Shown here in pieces: positions 39,233 to 50,143 of a stretch of 64,000 nucleotides of DNA. Source of the DNA: Fibrobacteria bacterium (lineage in GTDB: Bacteria; Fibrobacterota; Fibrobacteria; UBA11236; JADFYW01); assembly GCA_050294405.1 (NCBI GenBank), contig JBNKOC010000030.1, positions 44,397 to 108,396 on the forward strand, written 5' to 3'. The notes below the pieces were generated by a model that was given only the letters and a program-made list of their open reading frames with translations, ran no database searches and had not been told where the DNA came from. Position numbers and translations under genes: made by a program. Every line of letters begins with the position of its first letter. Positions within the stretch are counted from its first letter, which is position 1.

Positions 39233-40054
39233 TTAAACCGCAAGGGCGCTTTTTCCCTGACCGGGAATAGATTCTAAAAGTGTTTTGGTGTAAGTGGATT
39301 GGGGGTTGCCAAAAACATTTTCCACTGTGCCAATTTCCCGAATGCAGCCCTTGGACATCACCGCCACTTCGTCGGATATATGTTTTACCACGCTTAAATC
39401 GTGGCTGATAAAAAGATAGGAAAGGCCAAGCTGCCCCTGTAAATCCATGAGCAAGTTTAAAATTTGCGCTTGGATTGATACATCCAGGCTGGAAACAGGT
39501 TCATCGCATATAATAAGTTCCGGCTCTACACAAAGGGCCCGGGCAATTCCCAAACGCTGCAACTGGCCCCCGGAAAATTCGTGGGGAAAGCGGTCCAGGT
39601 ATTCGGGAACAAGCCCCACCTGTTCCATTTTATGGGCCATAATTTGGGGCCACTGTTTTTTATCTTCCGGGTGGCTTAATTCCAGTGCCTCCGAAAGGCT
39701 TTTTCTCAAGCTAAGCCGGGGATTGAGGGAAGAATAAGGATCCTGAAAAATAATTTGAATCTTTTTGCGATAGGGTTTGAATTCCCTAGGGGACATTTCC
39801 AATAGGTTTTTTCCCTTAAAAAAAACCGCTCCCGTAGCGGTGGGAATCAAGCGGGCAATGGCAAGGCCAGTGGTGGTTTTCCCACAGCCCGATTCGCCCA
39901 CAAGGCCCAGGGTTTTGTTTCTTTTTATTTGAAAGCTGATCCCTTTAACGGCCTGAAACTCTTCCTGATTTTTGTAGTAATTGACTTTTAAGTTTTTAAC
40001 ATCTAAAAGTTCATTTACCTTTAGGCTGCCCGTTTTACGCTTTTTGCGTTCCAT
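39233..40054 (-). CDS. Oligopeptide/dipeptide ABC transporter ATP-binding protein
   Basis: GESGCGKT, FQDPYSSLNP, FSGGQLQR, CDEPVSSLD. Confidence 0.9.
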   Translation of the reverse strand: MERKKRKTGSLKVNELLDVKNLKVNYYKNQEEFQAVKGISFQIKRNKTLGLVGESGCGKTTTGLAIARLIPTATGAVFFKGKNLLEMSPREFKPYRKKIQIIFQDPYSSLNPRLSLRKSLSEALELSHPEDKKQWPQIMAHKMEQVGLVPEYLDRFPHEFSGGQLQRLGIARALCVEPELIICDEPVSSLDVSIQAQILNLLMDLQGQLGLSYLFISHDLSVVKHISDEVAVMSKGCIREIGTVENVFGNPQSTYTKTLLESIPGQGKSALAV

Positions 40055-40183
40055 GCTTAAAACCTAAAATTTTAGAAGGCTTTTAGTCATTTTTTCCGCA
40101 AAATCCCTGTAAAACTTTCCCAAAATCTGAAATTTTTTGGGGCCTTATTATATTTACCCCAAACAATTTGGAATGGAGCAAAA

Positions 40184-42706
40184 GTGGCAAAGTACAATCC
40201 TAAAGAAATTGAGCCTAAATGGCAGGATTATTGGCTGGAAAACAAAACTTTTAAAGCAACGGAAAATCCCGAGAAAAAAAAGTATTACGCCCTGGATATG
40301 TTTCCTTACCCTTCAGGTGCGGGAATGCATGTGGGCCATCCCGAAGGTTACACCGCTACCGATATAATTTGCCGCTATAAGCGCATGAATAATTTTAATG
40401 TGCTTCATCCTATGGGATGGGACGCCTATGGCCTTCCCGCCGAACAATACGCCATTAAAACAGGCACCCATCCAAAAATCACTACAGAAAATAACATCAA
40501 CAATTTCCGCAGGCAAATCAGGGCTCTGGGTTTTTCTTACGATTGGGATAGGGAAGTCAACACCACAGATCCAAGCTATTTTAAATGGACCCAATGGATT
40601 TTTAAACAGCTTTTTAACCACTGGTACGATGGCGAATTAAATAAGGCCAGGCCCATTTCCGAACTTCCCATCCCAAAGGATATTGCCGCCAACCCCAAAG
40701 AAAAAGAAGCTTATATATCTAAACATCGCCTGGCTTATTTGGATGAGGTGCCTGTTTGGTGGTGCGAGGCTTTGGGAACAGTTCTTGCCAACGAAGAAGT
40801 CATTGATGGAAAAAGCGAGAGAGGCAGCCACCCTTGCGAAAGAAAGCCTTTAAAACAATGGATGTTGCGTATTACTAAATACGCGGACAGGCTTATAGAT
40901 GATTTGGAAGATTTGGATTGGCCGGAATCCATTAAAATTATGCAACGCAACTGGATTGGCCGTTCCGAAGGCGCTTTGGTGGAATTTGTATTAGATGGCA
41001 TTTCCGAAAGCGTAAAAGTATTTACCACCCGCCCCGACACCCTTTTCGGGGCCACTTACATGGTATTGGCTCCTGAACACCCTTTGGTTGAAAAAATCAC
41101 CAGCAGTGGAAATAAAGCCAAAGTAGAAGCTTATGTTAATGAGGCAAAAGGCAAATCTGAATTGGAACGTGGCATTGACAGAGAAAAAACGGGAGTCTTC
41201 ACTGGCGGTTACGCCATAAACCCCGTTAACGGAGATAAAATTCCCGTATGGATTTCCGACTATGTTATGATGGGTTACGGAACCGGGGCCATTATGGCGG
41301 TCCCCGCCCATGATGAAAGGGATTACGCCTTCGCCAAAAAATTCGAATTGCCTATCATAGAAGTTATCTCCGGTGGAGATATTTCCAAAGAAGCTTACGT
41401 TGGAGATGGCCCCCATGTTAACAGCGGTTTTTTAGACGGGCTGGACGTTCCCACAGGCAAAAAGAAAATGGCTGAGTGGCTGGAAGAAAAAGGTCTTGGT
41501 AAAGCCAAGGTTCAATACAAACTCAGAGACTGGCTCTTTAGCCGGCAACGTTACTGGGGCGAGCCTTTCCCTGTGGTTCATTCTGAAAATGGGATTCAAT
41601 CGGTGGAAGATTCCGAGCTTCCAGTGCTTCCCCCTGAATTGGATGATTTTAAACCCACCGGCACAATGGAGCCCCCTCTGGCCAAGGATAAAAACTGGGT
41701 TCATTATTTTAATCAGAAAACGGGCTTAAAAGGTATGCGCGAAGTCAACACCATGCCCCAGTGGGCCGGAAGCTGCTGGTATTTTTTGCGTTATCTCGAT
41801 CCTAACAATGACAAGGCTTTTTGTGATGCTAACATTGAAAAATACTGGATGCCTGTTGATCTATACATCGGGGGCGCAGAACATGCTGTGCTGCATTTAT
41901 TGTACTCCCGATTCTGGTTTAAATTTTTATACGACATTGGTTGCGTGAGCGGCCCGGAGCCTTTTAAAAAATTGGTGAACCAAGGCATTATCCTGGGAGA
42001 AAACGGCGAAAAAATGTCCAAATCCTTGGGCAATGTGGTGAGTCCCGATGAGGTGATTGAATCCCACGGCGCCGATGCCATGCGTCTTTACGAGATGTTT
42101 ATGGGCCCCTTGGAGCGTATGAAACCCTGGAGTACATCAGGCCTCGAAGGTCAAACCCGGTTTTTAAGTAAAGTGTGGCGTTTGATTGTGGGCGATGAAG
42201 ATACGGCCCTGGAAATTTCAGAGGAAAATCCTCCGAAAGATTTACTTCGGCTAGCCCATCAAACTATTCAAAAAGTAACGGAGGATATTGAAAACCTTCG
42301 TTTTAACACTGCCATTTCCCAGCTCATGATTTTTTCCAACGAAATGCAAAAGCACGGGAAGAACTTTCGCTTTACGGCAGAGACCATGACCAAGCTTTTG
42401 GCTCCCTTCGCCCCTCATTTAGGGGAAGAATTGTGGAGTCGACTGGGCCATTCGGATAGCATCGCCTACCAAAGCTGGCCTGAGCTCGATGCCAACCTGG
42501 CAAAGGACGATTTGGTCACTGTAGTTTTTCAAACCAATGGCAAGTTGCGCGCCAAGGTGGAGGTGGAAAAGGGGCTTAGCAAAGAAGCCCTTGAGAATCT
42601 GGCCCGGGAAAACCAAAATATCCAAAAACATCTCGAGGGAAGCCAACTGGTAAAGCTCATTGTGGTACCCAATAAACTGGTGAATTTTGTAATTAAACCC
42701 AAATGA
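40184..42706 (+). CDS. leuS: Leucine--tRNA ligase
   Basis: MFPYPSG, HVGH (HIGH), FTTRPDT editing domain, [17 protein letters not shown]. Confidence 0.97.
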   Translation: MAKYNPKEIEPKWQDYWLENKTFKATENPEKKKYYALDMFPYPSGAGMHVGHPEGYTATDIICRYKRMNNFNVLHPMGWDAYGLPAEQYAIKTGTHPKITTENNINNFRRQIRALGFSYDWDREVNTTDPSYFKWTQWIFKQLFNHWYDGELNKARPISELPIPKDIAANPKEKEAYISKHRLAYLDEVPVWWCEALGTVLANEEVIDGKSERGSHPCERKPLKQWMLRITKYADRLIDDLEDLDWPESIKIMQRNWIGRSEGALVEFVLDGISESVKVFTTRPDTLFGATYMVLAPEHPLVEKITSSGNKAKVEAYVNEAKGKSELERGIDREKTGVFTGGYAINPVNGDKIPVWISDYVMMGYGTGAIMAVPAHDERDYAFAKKFELPIIEVISGGDISKEAYVGDGPHVNSGFLDGLDVPTGKKKMAEWLEEKGLGKAKVQYKLRDWLFSRQRYWGEPFPVVHSENGIQSVEDSELPVLPPELDDFKPTGTMEPPLAKDKNWVHYFNQKTGLKGMREVNTMPQWAGSCWYFLRYLDPNNDKAFCDANIEKYWMPVDLYIGGAEHAVLHLLYSRFWFKFLYDIGCVSGPEPFKKLVNQGIILGENGEKMSKSLGNVVSPDEVIESHGADAMRLYEMFMGPLERMKPWSTSGLEGQTRFLSKVWRLIVGDEDTALEISEENPPKDLLRLAHQTIQKVTEDIENLRFNTAISQLMIFSNEMQKHGKNFRFTAETMTKLLAPFAPHLGEELWSRLGHSDSIAYQSWPELDANLAKDDLVTVVFQTNGKLRAKVEVEKGLSKEALENLARENQNIQKHLEGSQLVKLIVVPNKLVNFVIKPK

Positions 42707-42716
42707 TTTTTATAGC

Positions 42717-43913
42717 TTGTTTGTTATGGTAAATTCAATATTTGGCAACGGCTTAAACCATTTCCGGGGAATTCTAAGGCTCCTTATTTTGTGTTTTGCC
42801 CTTGGCTGTGTCCCCATGTTAATGGCTCATCCCAATGGCTCGTCTGTTTTGACCATTGATTTAAAATTGCCCGACAGCCTGATTTTAAATGTTAATGCCA
42901 ACATGGGGGATATTGGCAATAGCGCCGGCGTTTTTGGATATGGCCAGGAATATGAAAACCCCGAATCCATGTGCAACAAAATCCAAAGCTATTTGTTTAG
43001 CCGCCTTCCCATTGCCTTTGACGGGGAAGTAGCCACTAACATGGAAGTTATACGTTGGAAAGAAAACGGAAACGGCCCGACGGATTTGCTGGACAGCAGC
43101 AACCTTAGGGATTCCATTATAGACATATCCATTTATTTTCCTGTTCCCGAAGGAGCAAAGGAATTTCAAATTACAGCGCAAACCTTTGCCGAATATGGAA
43201 TTTTAGCTTTGGCCAACACCAAGGTTAACTGGAAGGGAAAAGAACTTTATCAGGAAATAGTTCCCCTGGATAAATCCCTATTCGCTCCATTAACAGAAGA
43301 AAAACTACAAGCCCGAATGGAGGAACTTAAAAAAGCCGAAGAGAGGTTAAAGCACCCACCTCCCAAACCATTTTCTGAGTTTTTTAAACTGGCCTTTTTA
43401 GGTTCCTTTAGCTCCATTTATTGGCCCCTGGTCCTGGGAGCATTATTCGTAATTTTTGGGCGCACTTTTATTATGGGGCCGGGATTGCTTTTGCTCCACG
43501 CCCTTTGCCTTTATGTTGCCTTTTTTCTTTCAGCTAAAGGTCAGTTTAGTTTTGACTATAACCTGGGCCAGGCAATTTATGCCTTGGGTATTTTATTTTT
43601 TGGTTTTTCAATTTGGTTGAACTGGAAATTAAAAGTCCTGGCATTTCCCGTTGCGTTGTTCACAGCGTTTTTAATGGGCTCGGGACTTAGCTCTTCACTG
43701 TTTGTATTTGGGATGAACCCTCAGGATTTCCAGAACTTTTCGTTGGCATCTGCTTTAGGCATTTTGCTGGCCCAGCTTATTGTAGCCCTTCCTCTGGGAG
43801 GGGTTAGTATTGTGGCCGGCAAGGGTAGTAGGTCTCAAAATAAAATAACCCCCATTTTTGGCATTTTGGGTGTCATCGCCGGTGTTTTATCTCTGCTACT
43901 GGCTTTTTTATAG
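42717..43913 (+). CDS. HupE/UreJ-like membrane protein with N-terminal exported domain
   Basis: Signal ending ...MAHP, a soluble domain, then about six TM helices. The typical GxDH motif is absent. Confidence 0.5.
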   Translation: MFVMVNSIFGNGLNHFRGILRLLILCFALGCVPMLMAHPNGSSVLTIDLKLPDSLILNVNANMGDIGNSAGVFGYGQEYENPESMCNKIQSYLFSRLPIAFDGEVATNMEVIRWKENGNGPTDLLDSSNLRDSIIDISIYFPVPEGAKEFQITAQTFAEYGILALANTKVNWKGKELYQEIVPLDKSLFAPLTEEKLQARMEELKKAEERLKHPPPKPFSEFFKLAFLGSFSSIYWPLVLGALFVIFGRTFIMGPGLLLLHALCLYVAFFLSAKGQFSFDYNLGQAIYALGILFFGFSIWLNWKLKVLAFPVALFTAFLMGSGLSSSLFVFGMNPQDFQNFSLASALGILLAQLIVALPLGGVSIVAGKGSRSQNKITPIFGILGVIAGVLSLLLAFL

Positions 43914-43959
43914 GCGGTAGTCAGTAGGCAATAAAAATTTTATTATTCAAAGCGAATTA

Positions 43960-44577
43960 ATGCTCTTTCACTTTGAGGAATTTGTGCGAAAATTATCTTG
44001 GCTGCTGCTTCTCATATTAATCCAGTTTGCTCCTGCGCTGGAGGGGTTAAACGAAGATGGGAGCTTAAATAAAGAAGCCATTCAAAAGCTCTATTTTGAC
44101 GGTGATTTTGCCAAAGTGGTGGAAGTTTTAGAGAGCTACCGCAAAGCAAACCCCAATCCATCTGTGGATGATAAAATTTTTATGTACAAACATTTAAGCG
44201 TGGTTTATGCTGCTAACCCCGATACCAGAGTTAAGGGCGAAAGTTTTATGTATCAATTATTAAAACTGGTTCCCACCGCCTCTTTAATTGATATGTACAT
44301 TTCCGATAATATTAAGGCTATTTTTCAGAATGTAAAACAAGAGTTTGAAGAAAGGCAGCGTTATCTCACTGGAAAGGCCGGTTCTGATAGCACCAGTACG
44401 GTAAAAAGCGGCGACAAAAAAAGTTCCAACTCCGATACCAAAAAACAAGTGAAAAAAAAGAAAAGCAAAGCCTGGATCTGGTGGACTGCGGGTGGAGTCG
44501 CTGTGGCTGGCGGCGTGGTAGCTTTTGTTTTGCTGAGCCAGGAAAAAGAGCCTTTAACGCTTTCCCCGGAAAACTAA
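43960..44577 (+). CDS. Hypothetical protein with signal peptide and C-terminal membrane anchor
   Basis: Helical domain, Ser/Lys linker, KKKSKAWIWWTAGGVAVAGGVVAFVLL. Confidence 0.65.
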   Translation: MLFHFEEFVRKLSWLLLLILIQFAPALEGLNEDGSLNKEAIQKLYFDGDFAKVVEVLESYRKANPNPSVDDKIFMYKHLSVVYAANPDTRVKGESFMYQLLKLVPTASLIDMYISDNIKAIFQNVKQEFEERQRYLTGKAGSDSTSTVKSGDKKSSNSDTKKQVKKKKSKAWIWWTAGGVAVAGGVVAFVLLSQEKEPLTLSPEN

Positions 44578-44586
44578 TCGAAAATT

Positions 44587-46497
44587 TTATAAAATTTTAG
44601 TGTTTTCAGGGCGTCGAATATTTCCTATTCGTTTGTATTCAGCCTTTATCTTATTGGGATCTTGATGCTGAATTGAGTTGCTGGCTAGGGCTTTAAGTGA
44701 GTCCGCTTGGGCAAAATCTCTTTTACTGCTGTCGGGATGGCTGGTAAGGATAAAAACCATACCATCGGTGGCCAACGGATCTCCAGGATAATTTTGCAGC
44801 ACATTTTGAAGCTCGGAATAGGCTTTATTGTAGTCGTTTTCGAAAATAAGCAATTGGGCAAAATTGATTTGGGCAGGGGAGTAGTTGGGGGCCAGTTTTA
44901 AGGCTTTTTCAAAGAGAACTCTGGCTTGGTTTAAATTTTTTTCCTGGAGGAAACTAAACCCCATGTTATTAAGCGCTTCGGGGTTGTCCGGGTGAAGTTT
45001 AAGGCTCTTTTCATAATAGTCCCTAGCTGCAACAACATTGCCCTTTTTGAAATGGGCGTTTCCCAAATAATTGAGTGTCAAATAATTTTCGGAATCAAAA
45101 TCCAAAGCTGCTTGCAAATGGCTAATGGCTAAATCGTAATTTCCCTGGTCGATTAATATTTTTGCCAAATGGTTCCGGGAATCCGTATAGCGGGGATTGA
45201 TGTTAATGGAATTCTGGTAATGTATGGCTGCATTGGCGAAATCGCCCCGGTCTTCAAGTTCCACGGCCACATTGTACTGGCTGTACCAGCATTTGGGATT
45301 GGCTTCAATAATTTTCTGGTATATTTCAAGGTTATCCCTATTGGAATGAAAATGGGAATAAGTGAGAGCCGCCAGTGGGATAAAAAACAGCGACCACATA
45401 AAGGCGTGTTTTAATTGGGGCGATTTAAATAAATGTGTGGGATTGGCTTTTCCCAGGCTGAGCTCCATGCCTTCTTGTATGTCTGTATCGCGGACTTTCC
45501 AAACAAAGCCCTCGTAATAAAAGTGAAGTATGCCCGAAGATACCAATAATGCGGTGATTAATCTGTAGTAAAAATCGTCTTCCAATAAATGGGGGATGGT
45601 GCCCAAGGCGCCGTAAGACAAAACCAGGGCTGTATATATAAAGATCCACATTTTTTTCTGAGAGAAAATGGTTTTTATAAAATTACCGATTTCGGGATGT
45701 CTCTGAGAACGGTTGTGGTTGTAAGTCCAGGTGAGGGGCGTGATTTGAGCCCAATGGATAATTTCCCAAATACATAGGCCCACAATTACATTCTTAACTT
45801 CCACAAAGGCGTAATACCACATGGCTATGTTTGTGATAAAAAGAGCCAGTTTCAAATGGTTTTTTAAGGGGAAGATAGAACGCTTGGCAAAATAATGAAG
45901 CAGGTATAATAAGGTGAAAAGCCCTAGAAAGATTTTCGCAGAATTTTGCAGAAACAATATGTTGCTGGCGCTTAAAAATGGGCCTCCGGTTTGGTAAAAA
46001 ACCGCCATGTATCCACCCAGTCGCCAGGGGGATAGGATGATGACGCAGTAAAACCAGGCGAGTATTAACATCCAGTCAAGGCGGGCGGTAAGAGAATCGA
46101 TTTTGCCGATTTTGGAATCGTACATGCGGCCGATGCCGAAAATTTGGGAGGCGCTGTGCCAGGCTATCCAAAGGAGGATGAGGAAGTAGTAGGCTTTGAT
46201 GTCGTAAAATGTATATAGGCCGGCTAGAGGGATGAGGACAAGCGGGGCGATGATAAAACGCCATTTGTATTTTTTGAAAAGCAGGCGGTCTCCGTAGGCG
46301 CGCAAAAAGCTGGGGAAATGGTGGCCGAGACCTAAAAAGCTGGCGGTAAAAAAGGCCAGTTTTAAGGAGGCGTTGGTATCGGAATAAAAGACCACTACGG
46401 GGATGACTAATATGGGGGTGCCCAGGTAGAATATCCAATCCATGAGGGAATTGTGAATCCAGGGTTTTGGGGAGGGAATTGCTGCTGCTTGGGCCAT
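44587..46497 (-). CDS. Integral membrane protein with C-terminal TPR repeats
   Basis: Many TM segments with conserved-looking His (GHHF, WHSASQ, HWAQ, HFYYE), then TPRs (NYLGNAHFKKGN, ALNNMG). Confidence 0.75.
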   Translation of the reverse strand: MAQAAAIPSPKPWIHNSLMDWIFYLGTPILVIPVVVFYSDTNASLKLAFFTASFLGLGHHFPSFLRAYGDRLLFKKYKWRFIIAPLVLIPLAGLYTFYDIKAYYFLILLWIAWHSASQIFGIGRMYDSKIGKIDSLTARLDWMLILAWFYCVIILSPWRLGGYMAVFYQTGGPFLSASNILFLQNSAKIFLGLFTLLYLLHYFAKRSIFPLKNHLKLALFITNIAMWYYAFVEVKNVIVGLCIWEIIHWAQITPLTWTYNHNRSQRHPEIGNFIKTIFSQKKMWIFIYTALVLSYGALGTIPHLLEDDFYYRLITALLVSSGILHFYYEGFVWKVRDTDIQEGMELSLGKANPTHLFKSPQLKHAFMWSLFFIPLAALTYSHFHSNRDNLEIYQKIIEANPKCWYSQYNVAVELEDRGDFANAAIHYQNSININPRYTDSRNHLAKILIDQGNYDLAISHLQAALDFDSENYLTLNYLGNAHFKKGNVVAARDYYEKSLKLHPDNPEALNNMGFSFLQEKNLNQARVLFEKALKLAPNYSPAQINFAQLLIFENDYNKAYSELQNVLQNYPGDPLATDGMVFILTSHPDSSKRDFAQADSLKALASNSIQHQDPNKIKAEYKRIGNIRRPENTKIL

Positions 46498-46648
46498 AAT
46501 TCTGTGCTAAGTAATTTACAAAAAGGCAGGGGGGCTGGGGAATATTAGCCGTAATTTATGGGGAAATTGAGGAGCATAGTGGAATATTGAAATTATAATG
46601 GGCGCAAGAAAAGATAATTTTTCCGCGCAGGGTAAATTCGGTCCGAGA

Positions 46649-48028
46649 TCAAAGAACTGTGAACTTTTGCAAAATTGGGCTTTTTCCAGCCATTACAAAT
46701 TTAAGGAAATATAGGCCTTTTACTAATCGCTTCTTTGAATACTGAAAATTACTAACATTATTTTTAGAAAACATTTTTTGTCCCTGGATTGTTATAATTT
46801 CAAGTCTACCAGCTACCTTAGATGTTAGCTGGATATATTGAGGAAAATTTATAATATGTGGAGATTGTGGACTTGAAAAACCTTTCACTCCCAACTTTTC
46901 CACAATATGTTCGGTGATTTGAAAATTAGAATCCACAAGAGCGAGTCCATCACAATTAGCCAAATTAGCTGAGCATTTCGTACTGTCATATCCTGCCAAA
47001 AAATAAAGCATGTTTGTAAAAAACCTTTCTAAATCTCCAGTGCCCCCGTCAAAACTTCGGTTATTTTCGGTAGTATCACTCAAGTCAAACTGGTCGTGTC
47101 CTGAAGGAAAATAGGCCGTCCAGCCTTTTCCTATTTGCTGAAGCCAACTATGGACATTTCCACCAGGAAACTTGTTTGCTTCGGGTAGGGCGTTTCCAAG
47201 AGTTCGGTGGTCAAAAAACAAAAGAGGAATAAAATTGTCCGAATATGGTTTTTCGGTTCGCACATCTATTTGAAATTGATACCATTCATTTCGCATCATG
47301 CGATAGGGTATGCCTTCTAACGAAATTGGGGATCCAGAAGAATCTGTACCCATCAAAACACCGGGAGTTTCTTTTCCATTAAAAGCAGATAGCTGTGTAT
47401 TTGTGTTGAGAATGCCATCTAAAACAACATGATTTTTATTTTTTTCCCACTTGTAAACCGGAGCAGCTACATCGTTTTGCAAACTTCCATAGTAACTTAA
47501 AGGGTGAAGAGAATCTATATAAAAACTCCACGAGGAGTTTCCAAAATGATCTCCGCTGGCATGGTTTCCAAAGTAGCCAATACCCTCTTCCACTATAGCG
47601 TTGCGAATCGCATTGCGCCTTTGTTCCCCAAGTGCATCACGTCCAAAATCGCTAATATTATTTGCAAAAATAACTTGGCCTTGTTTTAGATCGTCTAGCG
47701 TGAAATCGGGCAGGCTGCCACGTGAGGTGCCTCCACTTGCACCAGTAAAGTGAGAAAATGTAAAACCCTCTCTCTGGGCAATGTTATTAAGCGCGCCGGT
47801 CAAAATGGGTTTACCCTGATTATGATGGTAGTTCAGGGTAAAATTAAGTTCCACAACATGTCTTAATTTTGAGCTGTACTTTACGTAACTGCTGTCGCCA
47901 TTTTCAATTACTAGCCGAACATGTTCCTTGACTGGTGTAGTTGTTTTGGATTGGGAATATGAATTAAGGGTAACAAAAACTATGTAGGCAACAGTTAGAA
48001 GCATTATTCTTGTTTGGAATTTCATCAT
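46649..48028 (-). CDS. Secreted ThuA-like domain protein with CTD-like secretion tail (paralog 1)
   Basis: YHH...LNNIAQREGF, FTLDDL...IFANN, GYFGNHASGD, NEWYQF, GKGWTAYFPSGH; tail IQGQK...KGLYFLK. Confidence 0.7.
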   Translation of the reverse strand: MMKFQTRIMLLTVAYIVFVTLNSYSQSKTTTPVKEHVRLVIENGDSSYVKYSSKLRHVVELNFTLNYHHNQGKPILTGALNNIAQREGFTFSHFTGASGGTSRGSLPDFTLDDLKQGQVIFANNISDFGRDALGEQRRNAIRNAIVEEGIGYFGNHASGDHFGNSSWSFYIDSLHPLSYYGSLQNDVAAPVYKWEKNKNHVVLDGILNTNTQLSAFNGKETPGVLMGTDSSGSPISLEGIPYRMMRNEWYQFQIDVRTEKPYSDNFIPLLFFDHRTLGNALPEANKFPGGNVHSWLQQIGKGWTAYFPSGHDQFDLSDTTENNRSFDGGTGDLERFFTNMLYFLAGYDSTKCSANLANCDGLALVDSNFQITEHIVEKLGVKGFSSPQSPHIINFPQYIQLTSKVAGRLEIITIQGQKMFSKNNVSNFQYSKKRLVKGLYFLKFVMAGKSPILQKFTVL

Positions 48029-48138
48029 ATTACGAATCGAGAGATTTAAAAAACATAAAAAGTTCTATAATATTAGACAAGGTAAATTTTTGTAAAAAGT
48101 AGCGATGTGAATGGAAAGGGGCTAATTTGTATTAAAAT

Positions 48139-48168
48139 AAAAAAGGGAGCTTATGTAAGCTCCCTTTT
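48139..48168 (-). terminator. Bidirectional rho-independent terminator
   Basis: aaaagggagctta-tg-taagctccctttt flanked by A/T runs, between the two ThuA paralogs. Confidence 0.8.
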
Positions 48169-48205
48169 CGAAAAACAATGCGAAAAACAATATGATGTAA
48201 TTGAT

Positions 48206-49603
48206 TTACAACTTTAAAATGCTTCTGGTGTAATCTCCCAAACCTGCAACTTTAATTTTTACATAATAAAGCCCGGACTTAAAGTCCGCGGTGGATAATT
48301 CGAAGGAACTAACATCATTTACTGTGGAAATGATGTGCCCTTTAACATCGACAATCTCTACAGAAAATTTATCCTGCCCTGCAATTTTGATATTTCTGGA
48401 ATTGATTTGAATTTGGTCCAGCTTTTCCGCCACTTTAATGCCTTGGGTAACAGGTTCTTCCACAACTCTTTCGGTTAACATAAAGTCATCATCAACAATG
48501 GGAAGCCCGATACAATCAGAACGATCATCTGCGCAGATGCTGGGATCATAACCTGCGAGAAAGTAAAGCACATTTTCAATGTATTGTTCTAAATCGCCAG
48601 TGCCACCGTCAAAGCTGGTATTACCTGGAGAGTTGTCGTTCAAATCAAGGTTATCATGCCCTGTTGGCAAATAAGCAGTCCAGCCTTTTCCAATTTTTTG
48701 CAAAAAGGAGTGCATATTACCGCCTTTGAAGCGCTTGTCTGCAGGTAGAGCCGTTCCAACGGATCGGTAATCATAGTTCAATAGCTGTACCACTCTACTC
48801 GCATAAGGCTCAACTTCCCTGATGTCCCGGCCAAATTGATACCATTCATTTCTCATCATTCTGAAGGGAACACCTTCCATTTCAATGTCATTGCCATTTT
48901 CGTCAACGCCCATAAGGACTCCACGAGTTGGTTGACCATTATAAGAGGATATTAATACATCTTCCTCCAATATTCCCTGCAATGCGATGTGGTTTTTACT
49001 GCCTTCCCATTTGTAGACAGGAGCAGCTTTATCATTTTCTAAATGCCCACCATAAACCATTGGATGGAGGGAGTCAAGGTAAAAGCCCCAGTTGGTATTG
49101 CCCGGTTGATCACCACTAGCATGAATTCCAAAATAACCAATACCTTCGTCAACAATGGCATTTCTGATGGCATTCCACTTTGCATTTCCCACACCTGATT
49201 GACCAATTTCGCTAATGTTATTGGAAAAAATTACCTGGCCCTCTTTTAGATCGTCTAGCGTGAAATCGGGCACGCTGCCACGTGAGGTACCTTCACTTGC
49301 ACCAGTAAAGTGAGAAACTGTAAAACCCTCTCTTTGGGCAATGTTATTAAGCGCGCCGGTCAAAATGGGTTTACCCTGGTTGTGATGATAGTTCATAGTG
49401 AAATTCAATTCCACCACATGTGTTAACTTAGAAGTATATTTCACGTAATTGGTGTCTCCGTTTGCTACCAATAAACGCACATGCTCCTTAACGGGCTTAG
49501 TGTCCTGAGCAAAAGAAGCGCCTATTCCGCACAACATACCTAAGGCCATTAGTTTACAATATTTCAATAATGATAAATTCATTGTTTTTATCCCCCAAAA
49601 CAC
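48206..49603 (-). CDS. Secreted ThuA-like domain protein with CTD-like secretion tail (paralog 2)
   Basis: Collinear with 46649-48028; GYFGIHASGD, NEWYQF, GWTAYLPTGH; tail DVKG...SGLYYVKI. Confidence 0.7.
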   Translation of the reverse strand: MFWGIKTMNLSLLKYCKLMALGMLCGIGASFAQDTKPVKEHVRLLVANGDTNYVKYTSKLTHVVELNFTMNYHHNQGKPILTGALNNIAQREGFTVSHFTGASEGTSRGSVPDFTLDDLKEGQVIFSNNISEIGQSGVGNAKWNAIRNAIVDEGIGYFGIHASGDQPGNTNWGFYLDSLHPMVYGGHLENDKAAPVYKWEGSKNHIALQGILEEDVLISSYNGQPTRGVLMGVDENGNDIEMEGVPFRMMRNEWYQFGRDIREVEPYASRVVQLLNYDYRSVGTALPADKRFKGGNMHSFLQKIGKGWTAYLPTGHDNLDLNDNSPGNTSFDGGTGDLEQYIENVLYFLAGYDPSICADDRSDCIGLPIVDDDFMLTERVVEEPVTQGIKVAEKLDQIQINSRNIKIAGQDKFSVEIVDVKGHIISTVNDVSSFELSTADFKSGLYYVKIKVAGLGDYTRSILKL

Positions 49604-49669
49604 AAATTGCTCTCTTAATATATCTGAGTTTGGCTTGTGGACACAGCGTTTTTTTTGAAGTATGGGAAA

Positions 49670-49705
49670 ATTGCGGATATTTTAAAAATAATTGCGTAAA
49701 TTTTA
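49670..49705. promoter_or_regulatory. Direct repeat ATTGCGnnnATTTTA x2 with 21-bp period (candidate AraC-type site)
   Basis: attgcggatatttta (49670) and attgcgtaaatttta (49691); a related word ttgcgaaaaattta lies on the minus strand at 50086-50099. Confidence 0.4.
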
Positions 49706-50143
49706 GTTAAAGGCTTAAAAAATACAAAAAAAAGTCATGAATTTAAAATGGAAATCCTCGTACAGAGTTCCTAACGGGTTTGCAAAATAGCATGTTTTGT
49801 GCAGATGGCAAAATCCAGGTTGGTTTTGCTGGTCCTTAAAAAGGGTCCAAAAAAGAATCAAACAAATGGATTAAAATTGAAAATGAATTCGATTCAAAGC
49901 ATTAAACCCTGCAAAGTTGCTGAGAAAACTTTTAAGGAGAAGTTTATTTTAAATGGAACAATAGAGTTGCTATTTAAGGGAATATGAAAATCTATATAAC
50001 TCAGTTATTATTGAATGAAATGTAATGGCTTTCATATAGGCTGAAATTTTACAAATAAAAGATGTGATTTTCATGTTGAAATTCTTAAATTTTTCGCAAC
50101 TTATACTGAGGTAAGGAAAAACCTAGGGGTAGGTAATAATACA

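Noticed and set aside
40055..40183. T-box leader for leuS
   Set aside because: The gap is too short and there is no T-box (GGTGGNACC) sequence.
48169..48191. cgaaaaacaat direct repeat x2
   Set aside because: Only two short A-rich copies next to a terminator; not a CRISPR or mobile-element end
49799..49987. 62-aa ORF in the divergent promoter region
   Set aside because: No RBS or motif; probably chance in AT-rich DNA
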